From Octopus vulgaris (Eukaryota): 64,000 nucleotides of DNA. The position numbers were made by a program, and so were the translations under genes. Shown here in pieces: positions 57,215-63,110 of the stretch. The stretch covers positions 21,142,001-21,206,000 of the forward strand of contig OX597838.1 of NCBI GenBank assembly GCA_951406725.2, given 5' to 3'. Each line of letters starts with the position of its first letter. Within the stretch, counting starts at the first letter, position 1. Under the pieces are notes generated by a model. That model was not told where the DNA came from. It saw only the letters and a program-made list of their open reading frames with translations, and made no database searches.

Positions 57215-60200
57215 CATACATATATACATGTTGAACTGCTGAACCATACTAGTGTTTTTCATTCTCTCTCTGTTTATTTTCTCTTATTCCCTTCTGTTGA
57301 AGAGCGGTGGCTCAAAACATAAAAGATTTTTTTCATTTTTCCCAAGCATCAAACTAATACACTTGCTTGTTGTTCAAACACCTGTCTTCGTTTTTTTTTG
57401 TTTTTCTATAAATTTCAACTATATGTATACATACATACTGTATATTTCTAAGTTTACCTACCTGTCTGACAGGTGCTTCCTTCATAGCCAGCTGCACAGC
57501 CACCACTGGAACAAACACCTGTCTGATGATTACACCTGTTATTGTCAGCACAGTGACATGTCTGCTGACAATTTTGTCCAAATTTTCCGACACTGCACCC
57601 TGAAACATATATACATGTCAACCCATTAATTCTGTGTAAGAACACATAACGCATCTTACCTGTAAAATAATACTTTCTTTATTGGCCACCTGGACCAAAA
57701 ACAAAACATAAAAGATGATACACAGACAAGGGACAGTGGGGATAAACATGTAAATAGCAAATAAAAAAAGCACAACATTTAACATGGAGATTAAACCAAC
57801 AATGTACTTCCCCAATACGGGAGAGCTTCGAGAGATGACCAAAGGAACCTCACACACTTTGGACACGCTAACATCAAAGGCACCTCAGGTAGGCACCCCT
57901 CTCATCCTCATGTGGCCTACAGGTGCACACTTAGAGTAAGCCTATTCACAAGGGCCATTCTTGCCATATTCACCCACCTTTCAGCAAACTTACTGGGTGA
58001 CAGCACCACCCTCTCCAGCCTCATTTTCCTTTTTAGGTGGTACCTGAAAAAGTCAATGAGGCCTTGGCCAAAGAGGAAGGTACCCGCCTTCAACCCTTTC
58101 AGTCGCATCCACCATACAACCTCTTTGACCATAGCCACCAGACAGAAAAAACTGCCTGTCCTTCCTGGCCAAAGGAAGGAGGCAGAGAGATCTTCACAAT
58201 AGACTCGGACGATATCCAGATCCATCCTACATGTGACAATAACTGTTCGACAAAGCACCACAAGTCAGCAATGCATGGACACTGTATGAGAGCATGTAGA
58301 ATGGTTTTTCAGCTACATGTGCATCTCGGACAAGCCTGTCGAACTGCACTAAGTGCATGTAGAGCTTATCACAAACTGGCAGAACCTCCCGGTAGCACTG
58401 CCAGGCCAGGGATTTCTGGTAGCTATCCATAGTTACCTGTTAAATAATATGAAAGCGAAACATCCTTAATATGACTAAGGAGCTTTATGACACAACCCCT
58501 TTAATGTTACCCATAATGCATTATGCCACAAATAAATTGTCATAGTTTATGGATGTATACTTTTTTAGAGAGACTGAGTTGCATCTGCACTGGGGCTGGT
58601 GCTTATTTTCAGCTGAGTAGACTGAAGCAATGTGAAATGAAGAGACTTGCCCAAGAACACAATGCAATACCCAGTATGGGAATTGAACCCACTACCTTAT
58701 GATTATGAGCTGAACACACAGTAGCCCAGTCAAGACGTTAAACACATCTGAACTGAAAACTGTATGTCTTTCATGTTTTACCTTTTACCTGTTTCAATTG
58801 TTGGACTGTGGCCATGCTGGGGCATCCACTTTGAATGGTTTTAGTGAAATGAATCAACCCCAGTACGTATTGTTTTTTTTCTTTCTAAGTCTGGTACTTA
58901 TTCTATTGGTCTCTTTTGCTGAACTGCTAAGTTATAGGGATGTACACAAACCAACACTGGTTGTCAGGGGTGGGTGGGGAGAAAACACAAACGGTGTGCT
59001 GGCAGAAATGTTAGCACACCGGACGAAATGCTTTGCGTTATTTCGTCTGCTGTTACATTCTGAGTTCAAATTCCGCCGAGGCCAACTTTGCCTTTCATCT
59101 TGTCGGGGTCGATAAATTAAGTACCAGTTACGCACTGGGGTCGATGTAATCGACTTAATCCCGTTGTCTGTCCTTGTTTGTCCCCTCTATATTTAGCCCC
59201 TTGTGGGCAATAAAGAAATAACAAACACACCTATCTGCCCATCTTCTGCCTATATATATATATACACACTGTATTTATACATAAATACACATGCACACAT
59301 ACACACACACATATATAGATAGATACATACATACATACGTATTATACACATACAACAGGCTTCTTTCAATTTCCATCTACCACATCCACCCAGAAGGCTT
59401 TGGTTGTTCTAGGACTATAGTAGAAGACACTTGTCCAAGGTGCCACCCAGTGAGACTGAACTTAGAACCATGTGATATAGAAAGCAAATATCTTTACCAC
59501 ACAACCATACCCGTGCCTATATATATATTTTTTTTTTGCAATTTTTGCTATGTCAAAATGATTTAATAATTAACACTTACCTGTTTGACAGTTGCTACCT
59601 GTGTATCCAGCAGCACATCCTCCACTGGAGCAGCTACCAGACTGTGGGTTACACTTGCTGTTGTCAGCACAGTGACATGTGTTTCCGCAGTTTGGCCCAA
59701 ATTTCCCTCTGCTACATCCTACAAAAACAGACAAAAACACAATCAATACTAAATATAAAGTATAAATGATGGCAAAGATCTAAATATCTTCAGATCAAAA
59801 GAAAGAACAGCATGCTTCCTAGTGGCCGTGGGAACTGGTCCTTAATGCTGGAGGGCTTTTGTTCCTGCCTGCATTTAGTAATTTTAACCCTTTCTTTACC
59901 AACCTGGCTAAAACCAGCTCTGTCTGTAGTACAAATGTCTTGCTTTCATAAGTTTTGAATTAAAATCTTCCACCAAACCTTAGTCACAATTTATGTTCCT
60001 AACACTAGCTGAATGATAACTAAGTCATTTTTCTAAATTCTTTGTTACATTTAACCCTTTTGATGCCAACACAGATGACACTGCCTCTGGCTCTGTGATA
60101 CAAATGTCTTGTTTTCAAAAGTCCTGAACTAAAATATTCCACCAAACGTTAGTCACAATTTATGTTCCTAACACTAGCTTAATGATAACTAAGTGATTTT

Positions 60201-61839
60201 TCTAAATTCTTTGTTACATTTAACCCTTTTGATGCCAACCCAGCTGAAACTGGTTCTGGCTCTGAGTACAAATGTTTTGTTTCCTTAAGTTTTGAATTAA
60301 ACTCTTCCACCAAACCTTAGTCACAATTTATGTTCCTATTACTAGCTGAATGATAACAAAGTTATTTTACTAAATTCTTTGTTATATTTAAAGTAATTGA
60401 AAGAAACACAGAGCATCTCAAAATAAATGCAGTAATGAAAAGGTTAAAGAGAGAATCAGTGTGTGCAATTTGATCTCACTTTTTAAACTTCCATGTCTGA
60501 CCACAGTGGCTCAGTGGGCTAAGATAGCTGCAGTGGACAGCAAACTGTAGGTTTTACACAGGAGTGGCCTTCTCCTAGGTAGTGGAGGTGCATGGTTTAG
60601 TGGTTAGGGTGTTGGATTCATGATTGTAAGATTGCAGTTTCGAATCCTGAACCGGCAATGCATTGTGTTCTTGAGCAAGACGCTTTATATCATGTTGCTC
60701 CAGTCCACTCAGCTGGCAAAAATAAGTGATCTTGTGATGGACCAGCGTCCTATCCAGGTGGGGAATATATACACCATGAAACTGGGAAACCAGCCCTTAT
60801 GAATCAGTGTGGCTCAAGAAGGAAAATTTACTTTTACTTTTTTCTCCTCGGTGAATCGACCTCTGTGGTCCAGTGGGCTAAGATGGCTGAGTGACCAGCA
60901 AGGTGTAGGCTTTACATTGGAGAGGCCTCTACTGGCATGGAACCACCAGTGATGGAGAGTATTGGGCCTGGTTGGTTCTATGCTTGATAACATCTCATGG
61001 ACCACTAAGCTGGGATGATCCCAGCCCCATTAAGCAAGTTCATGAAGCATGCTAACAAGGGTCTGATTTAAGGTAGATTTTTACTGCTATTTTTACTACC
61101 TGTAGTACCTAAGTCTTGGCTGTAATGAGTTGTTCACTTACCTGTTTGACAGTTGCTACCTTCATAACCAGCAGCACATCCTCCACTGGAACACACACCT
61201 GTCTGACGGTTACACTTGCTGTTGTCTGCACAATGGCATGTACTTTTACAGTTTGCTCCAAACTTACCAGTGCGACAGGCTAAATATAAAATGAAAGGTA
61301 AATACAGTTCTATATTTAAGAGATGAGGAATTATGTACATCATTTACATTATTTACATTCGACGGATATTTGTCCTCATCTTGTTTGTTGTTAACACAAC
61401 GTTTCGGCTGATATACCCTCCAGCCTTCTTCAGGTGTCTTGGGGAAATTTCAAACCAATAATTGGTCAGATATAAATATAATTCAACACAACAGGAGCTG
61501 TTTTCTTCACGGTCCACTTATCCCATAATTTTCTCAAGGTTGTCTCTTCAGATTTTCTTCAGAAATTATCGAAATTATATCCAGTATTGATTTTTCATAT
61601 CCGAATATGTCTAATGTAAACAATGTGATCAAAGACAGAAGAATAGGTAATGGGTATTTTGTAATGATGATGATGATGGTGGTGGTGATGATGATGGTGG
61701 TGATGATGATGGTGGTGATGATGATGGTGATTTTGATAATGATTATGATTGTGATGGTGGTGGTGATGATGGTGGTTGTGATAATGATGAGGATGTTGAT
61801 GAAGTAATGATGATGATGGAGATGATGTTGGTGATGATA

Positions 61840-61870
<31 letters not shown>

Positions 61871-62130
61871 GTGTGATGATGGTGATTTTGATAATGATGA
61901 TGATGATGATGATGATTGTGATGGTGGTGGTGATGATGGTGGTTGTGATAATGATGAGGATGATGATGAAGTAATGATGATGATGGAGATGATGTTGGGG
62001 ATGACAACAATGTTGATGATGATGATAAGTGTGATGGTGGTGAAAATGATGAAGATGATGAGGATGAAGATGATGTTGGTGATGACAATGATATTGATGA
62101 TGACAATGATGTTGATGATGACAATGATGT

Positions 62131-62172
<42 letters not shown>

Positions 62173-62327
62173 CACAAACATTCACTTACCTGTTTGACAG
62201 TTGCTACCCTCGTAACCTGAGGTACAACCTCCACTCGAACACACACCAGTCTGACGGTTGCACTTCTTGTTGTCAGCACAATGACAACTGCTTCTGCAGT
62301 TTGCCCCAAATTTACCACTGGCACAAA
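1521..62327 (-). CDS. Internal part of a multi-exon gene encoding at least 22 tandem 8-Cys EGF-like repeats (MEGF10/11, Draper, CED-1, SCARF-like); extends beyond the window
   Basis: 22 exons of 138 bp, all AG..GT and phase 1-1, with no stops. Cys spacing C-x8-C-x3-C-x-C-x5-C-x6-C-x4-C-x8-C and GxFG/GYxG motifs. Family assigned from motif knowledge only. Confidence 0.9.
2164..2911 (-). mobile_element. Internally deleted mariner-family transposon
   Basis: TIRs (c/t)tgggttggcaagaaagtaatttcg at both ends with TA flanks. Degenerate minus-strand transposase motifs: N-terminal HTH '[13 protein letters not shown]', [18 protein letters not shown]. Confidence 0.85.
3268..3819. mobile_element. piggyBac-like MITE with three ~170-bp internal tandem units
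   Basis: TTAA|CCCTTTCGTTACC..GGTAACAAAAGGG|TTAA; each unit restarts at TTAACCCTTT. Sister copy at 59888-60443. Confidence 0.75.
3865..4002 (-). CDS. EGF-repeat exon 21
   Basis: tattgtag|..|gtcagt; [46 protein letters not shown]. Confidence 0.92.
4686..5066 (-). mobile_element. tRNA-like SINE family A with 50-bp flanking direct repeat
   Basis: Head 'gagtggctgtgtggtaag..gggttcagtccc' (A/B-box-like). Other copies near 4115-4455, 15311-15465, 18722-19780, 33512-33915, 37985-38350, 41600-41996. Direct repeat 4636-4685 / 5067-5116. Confidence 0.85.
5540..5625 (+). ncRNA. Type I hammerhead ribozyme (Penelope pLTR type)
   Basis: CTTTC-CTGATGA-GAAGA..TCTTC-GAAAC-ATAT-GTC^GAAAG: all three stems pair and stem III is palindromic (ACATATGT). 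Confidence 0.8.
5973..6110 (-). CDS. EGF-repeat exon 20
   Basis: ttctgcag|..|gttagt; [46 protein letters not shown]. Confidence 0.92.
6512..6562 (-). ncRNA. Type I hammerhead ribozyme within a loopless palindrome (mirror copy on + strand 6559-6609)
   Basis: AGCTTC-CTGATGA-TTTC TTTT GAAT-GAAACAG TTCTAGTC CTGTA^GAAGCT; stem II is weak. Confidence 0.7.
6919..7099. repeat. Perfect inverted repeat, 87-bp arms, 7-nt loop
   Basis: 6919-7005 is the reverse complement of 7013-7099; loop tgggcag. Confidence 0.9.
8324..8410 (-). ncRNA. Hammerhead-like motif (Penelope pLTR type), partly degenerate; sister copy + ~63838-63925
   Basis: TGCAG-CTGAAGA-TTGC..GCAT-GAAAC-GATC-ATA^CTGCA. Confidence 0.6.
8775..9830. 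repeat. Compound (GACA)n microsatellite
   Basis: Direct reading; source of the spurious SVCL ORFs. Confidence 0.95.
10270..10498 (+). mobile_element. tRNA-like SINE family B
   Basis: 'tggcagaaacgttagcacg..gagttcaaattcc..gtgggcaataaagaaata'. Copies at ~34700-34940 (-), 58992-59220 (+), 22370-22580 (-), 54450-54650 (-), 26140-26540 (+). Confidence 0.8.
11150..11793 (+). mobile_element. CR1/L2-clade LINE 3' fragment
   Basis: [44 protein letters not shown] (post-RT C-terminus); ends in (TTA)n. Confidence 0.85.
11947..12084 (-). CDS. EGF-repeat exon 19
   Basis: ttttacag|..|gtaggc; [46 protein letters not shown]. Confidence 0.92.
12715..13810. repeat. (TA)n/(CATA)n compound micro/minisatellite
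   Basis: Direct reading; source of the YI/VC-rich false ORFs. Confidence 0.95.
13811..14194 (+). mobile_element. Non-autonomous Helitron, subfamily 1
   Basis: 5' TC; 3' hairpin CCCGAGCAACGCCGGG followed by CTAG|T; near-identical to 15494-15871. Confidence 0.8.
14225..14620. repeat. (GACA)n/(GATA)n microsatellite
   Basis: Direct reading. Confidence 0.9.
15494..15871 (+). mobile_element. Non-autonomous Helitron, subfamily 1, inserted in the TA tract of a SINE
   Basis: TC...hairpin-CTAG|T. Confidence 0.8.
15872..16350. repeat. (TA)n/(CATA)n microsatellite
   Basis: Direct reading. Confidence 0.95.
16351..17645 (+). mobile_element. 5'-truncated Penelope-like element: GIY-YIG endonuclease with upstream Cys motif (Neptune-like), low-complexity 3' region and pLTR
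   Basis: [70 protein letters not shown] at ~16351-16745, followed by a hammerhead-bearing pLTR. Confidence 0.88.
17507..17544 (+). ncRNA. Minimal variant hammerhead ribozyme in the Penelope pLTR
   Basis: TCTTT-CTGTTGAA-GAGC GTAG GCTC-GAAAC-GTT^AAAGA. Relatives at ~20723-20756 (-) and ~57290-57326 (+, degenerate). Confidence 0.65.
18400..18483 (-). ncRNA. Hammerhead ribozyme with long stem II in the left arm of inverted repeat 18382-18486 / 18575-18679
   Basis: GGC-CTGAAGA-GTAGC..GCTAT-GAAAC-ATAT-GTA^GCC; the + strand copy has a mutated core (CTGAATA). Confidence 0.7.
19007..19298 (+). mobile_element. tRNA-like SINE family C nested in a family A array
   Basis: 'ggaggcacatggcctagtggttagagcagcggactc' head; TSD caac(t/c)agatggtt. 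Other copies ~28848-29125 (+), 38750-39063 (-), 39320-39665 (+), 63113-63410 (+). Confidence 0.8.
21260..21580 (+). mobile_element. RTE-clade LINE extreme 3' end
   Basis: ..[25 protein letters not shown]2H2-type C-terminus, then (TTA)n tail. Confidence 0.75.
21614..21751 (-). CDS. EGF-repeat exon 18
   Basis: ctctacag|..|gttggt; [46 protein letters not shown]. Confidence 0.9.
22602..23142 (+). mobile_element. Internally deleted mariner-family transposon
   Basis: TIRs ttggattgtccagaaagttcgtgctgattt / aaatcagcacaaactttccagacaacccga with TA flanks; [27 protein letters not shown] motif. Partial copy at ~53647-53780. Confidence 0.88.
23183..23320 (-). CDS. EGF-repeat exon 17
   Basis: tctttcag|..|gtgagt; [46 protein letters not shown]. 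Confidence 0.92.
25179..25316 (-). CDS. EGF-repeat exon 16
   Basis: cttttcag|..|gttagt; [46 protein letters not shown]. Confidence 0.92.
26568..26705 (-). CDS. EGF-repeat exon 15
   Basis: ttctacag|..|gtaaat; [46 protein letters not shown]. Confidence 0.92.
27317..27362 (-). ncRNA. Minimal hammerhead ribozyme in a Penelope pLTR-like repeat (family also at ~630-720, 50240-50500, 61304-61455)
   Basis: GATAC-CTGATGA-C-AGCTG..CAGCC-GAAAC-GTT^GTGTT. Confidence 0.6.
28506..28643 (-). CDS. EGF-repeat exon 14
   Basis: tcttgcag|..|gttggt; [46 protein letters not shown]. Confidence 0.9.
30063..30200 (-). CDS. EGF-repeat exon 13
   Basis: acttatag|..|gtaagt; [46 protein letters not shown]. Confidence 0.92.
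31383..31520 (-). CDS. EGF-repeat exon 12
   Basis: tcttgtag|..|gtaagt; [46 protein letters not shown]. Confidence 0.92.
32074..32290. mobile_element. Mariner-derived MITE
   Basis: Imperfect TIRs gggtgcagaaaaattcctggcttt / aaagccaggaacttttcagcagtccc, after TA. Confidence 0.6.
33975..34112 (-). CDS. EGF-repeat exon 11
   Basis: cgttacag|..|gtaagt; [46 protein letters not shown]. Confidence 0.92.
34620..35132. mobile_element. GGAGTC-repeat hAT-like MITE with a nested family B SINE
   Basis: Multiple GGAGTC/GACTCC motifs; right end cgactccacagccctg. Confidence 0.5.
35996..36133 (-). CDS. EGF-repeat exon 10
   Basis: ttgcacag|..|gtaagt; [46 protein letters not shown]. Confidence 0.92.
36207..36726 (-). 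mobile_element. Non-autonomous Helitron, subfamily 2
   Basis: Same 3' hairpin-CTAG; body matches 47116-47625. Confidence 0.8.
37753..37890 (-). CDS. EGF-repeat exon 9
   Basis: tcttgtag|..|gttagt; [46 protein letters not shown]. Confidence 0.92.
39108..39245 (-). CDS. EGF-repeat exon 8
   Basis: tcttacag|..|gtaagt; [46 protein letters not shown]. Confidence 0.92.
39957..40094 (-). CDS. EGF-repeat exon 7
   Basis: ttgttaaag|..|gtaagt; [46 protein letters not shown]. Confidence 0.9.
42486..44105 (-). mobile_element. Near full-length IR/DR-type Tc1 transposon
   Basis: TA|CAGTTG..CAACTG|TA; ~224-bp TIRs with outer and inner direct repeats ggccaaaatg(t/a)tcagaacgg. Confidence 0.95.
42755..43763 (-). 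pseudogene. Tc1 DDE transposase, inactivated by an in-frame stop (~43467) and a frameshift (~43270)
   Basis: [62 protein letters not shown]. Confidence 0.92.
44500..45808 (-). mobile_element. Decayed second Tc1-family element interrupted by a MITE
   Basis: Left end cactgtgtttcaaattatt with an inner repeat at ~45600; HTH-like '[17 protein letters not shown]', 'KVLFTDK..TLDG', 'GRGIMIWA'. Confidence 0.65.
44681..45096. mobile_element. Merlin-like MITE
   Basis: ~90-bp TIRs starting GGC(A/G)ATCTTTCG (GGNRM terminus); 8-bp TSD CCCATTCC at 44673-44680 / 45097-45104. Confidence 0.75.
46380..46850. repeat. Imperfect inverted repeat containing degenerate (TAACCC)n/(GGGTTA)n
   Basis: 46380-46590 mirrors 46697-46850. 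Confidence 0.75.
47116..47625 (+). mobile_element. Non-autonomous Helitron, subfamily 2
   Basis: A|TC...CTAG|T with no TSD; removing it restores a palindromic host element. Confidence 0.88.
48220..48545. repeat. (GAT)n/(GGT)n low-complexity tract
   Basis: Direct reading. Confidence 0.9.
49320..50138. repeat. Large inverted duplication: 378-bp arms, 63-nt spacer
   Basis: 49320-49697 vs 49761-50138; the mirror ORF pairs in the ORF track agree. Confidence 0.93.
50553..51010 (+). mobile_element. Tc1/mariner-superfamily (maT/DD37D-like) fragment
   Basis: Start cagggtg..; '[44 protein letters not shown]'. Confidence 0.6.
51011..52377 (-). mobile_element. 5'-truncated RTE-clade LINE; its 3' tail recurs as many short copies
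   Basis: [51 protein letters not shown]; repeated 3' UTR ending ccaacccatgctagcatgg..(GAT)n. Tails also near 7115-7320, 29420-29870, 30585-30800, 37150-37615, 40230-40645, 53395-53645. Confidence 0.88.
52501..52897 (-). mobile_element. Non-autonomous Helitron (subfamily 2 left end, internal duplication)
   Basis: CTAG-hairpin end; shares 5' part with 36207-36726. Confidence 0.8.
53082..53147 (-). CDS. Candidate 66-bp frame-preserving (phase 1-1) non-EGF exon
   Basis: tttttttctttttgaaatag|AA GTT GTG..GAT TCA G|gtaagc; (E)[21 protein letters not shown]. No homology or transcript support. Confidence 0.35.
54049..54136 (-). ncRNA. Hammerhead ribozyme, same pLTR family as 5540-5625
   Basis: TTTCC-CTGAAGA-GAAGA..TCTTT-GAAAC-ATGT-GTT^GGAAG. 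Confidence 0.65.
54728..54865 (-). CDS. EGF-repeat exon 6 (GCSRGK subfamily)
   Basis: gtttatag|..|gtgagt; [46 protein letters not shown]. Confidence 0.92.
54960..55260 (+). mobile_element. R4/Dong-like (RLE-endonuclease) non-LTR 3' end in an (AAT)n tract
   Basis: [20 protein letters not shown]-terminus; flanked by (AAT)n, the known Dong-type target. Confidence 0.7.
56751..56888 (-). CDS. EGF-repeat exon 5 (GCSRGK subfamily)
   Basis: ttttgcag|..|gtaggt; [46 protein letters not shown]. Confidence 0.92.
57462..57599 (-). CDS. EGF-repeat exon 4
   Basis: tgtttcag|..|gtaggt; [46 protein letters not shown]. Confidence 0.92.
57673..58432 (-). mobile_element. 5'-truncated Tx1/L1-clade LINE with 17-bp TSD
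   Basis: [49 protein letters not shown]; TSD ttacctgt(a/t)aaataata at 57656-57672 / 58433-58449. Confidence 0.78.
59581..59718 (-). CDS. EGF-repeat exon 3 (GCSRGK subfamily)
   Basis: tttttgtag|..|gtaagt; [46 protein letters not shown]. Confidence 0.92.
59888..60443. mobile_element. piggyBac-like MITE with three tandem units (sister of 3268-3819)
   Basis: TTAA|CCCTTT..AAAGG|TTAA. Confidence 0.75.
61142..61279 (-). CDS. EGF-repeat exon 2
   Basis: atatttag|..|gtaagt; [46 protein letters not shown]. Confidence 0.92.
61393..61438 (-). ncRNA. Minimal hammerhead ribozyme in a pLTR-like repeat, sense to the host pre-mRNA
   Basis: GACAC-CTGAAGA-A-GGCTG GAGGGTATAT CAGCC-GAAAC-GTT^GTGTT. Confidence 0.68.
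61660..62170. repeat. (GAT)n/(GGT)n low-complexity tract
   Basis: Direct reading; source of the poly-His/Ser/Met false ORFs. Confidence 0.93.
62190..62327 (-). CDS. EGF-repeat exon 1 (transcription order)
   Basis: cttttacag|..|gtaagt; (V)[45 protein letters not shown]. Confidence 0.92.
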
Positions 62328-62399
62328 CTGTAAAAGAGACACAGGAATTAAGATCTAATTCCAGAAACATCTCTGATTCATGGAAATATGTACAAGTTT

Positions 62400-63110
62400 T
62401 ACCTGTTGCTGTTTTTTTCTTACTAAACCTATTTTTGTTTTCTTTAGCTGACCACAGAGATTTTTTTGCTTCATTAATGAAATTATATTTTGATGCGCGT
62501 TTCTTCATCTCCTCTAGAGTTATTGGTTACTCTCCTACAATGTTCCACATGATGTGCTTAATTTCCCCTTTGGCTCTTAGGGCTGCTATTACTGTGTCAT
62601 CAAAGGGTTCGCCATTTCTGGATACTAACCTGGATAGGCCGTCAGCATGTCCTAGCTTTTTCGAAGGTAAAGATTCCATTGCGTAGTTGTACTTTGGTAG
62701 TATGGTATGGTGTCCCATCCCTGCAACCTGTTTGTTGTATGTACTAAGATTCCTTTCTTTGATCCATAAATCGTTAGCAACAGGTGATGCTCTGTTTGTA
62801 GTCTAAATCATTTACCATGTATAAACCTGTGGAACATTTTTATACTAAATATAATCGCCAATGCCTCTTTTTCAGTTTAGCTACAATTTTTATCCACTGG
62901 CAATAGCGTCCTTGATGCGTGAGCTATGGCCTTTCGACTACGATCGTCACATTTGTGTAGGAGTTCGGCATCTACCCCTACTCACTAGCATCTGTTGCCA
63001 GTATCATTTTCCACTTTGGATCGAAGTGCGTAAGCGACAAGTCTGAAGTTAACATGCTTTTTAGTTCCTCAAATGCTTTCTTTGAGTTGCTGTTTTTGCA
63101 ACTCAACTAA
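62400..63110 (-). mobile_element. Decayed Ty3/Gypsy pol (RNase H region) fragment
   Basis: MFHRFIHGK..LQTEHHLLLTIYGSKKGI..NRLQGW..KKLGHADGLSRL. Confidence 0.75.

Noticed and set aside
1521-62327. 22 separate small Cys-rich peptide genes, or a CRISPR-like repeat-spacer array
   Set aside because: Units have AG/GT boundaries, no own ATG, signal peptide or stop, and kb-scale irregular spacing; they are exons of a eukaryotic gene.
1521-62327. Strict Dscam-type mutually exclusive splicing
   Set aside because: No recurring selector/docking sequence seen upstream of the exons, and the introns are long. Kept only as a testable cassette-splicing hypothesis.
61534-62333. Poly-His/Ser/Ile/Met ORFs resembling structural or reflectin-like proteins
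   Set aside because: (GAT)n tract immediately after a canonical donor site, so intronic.
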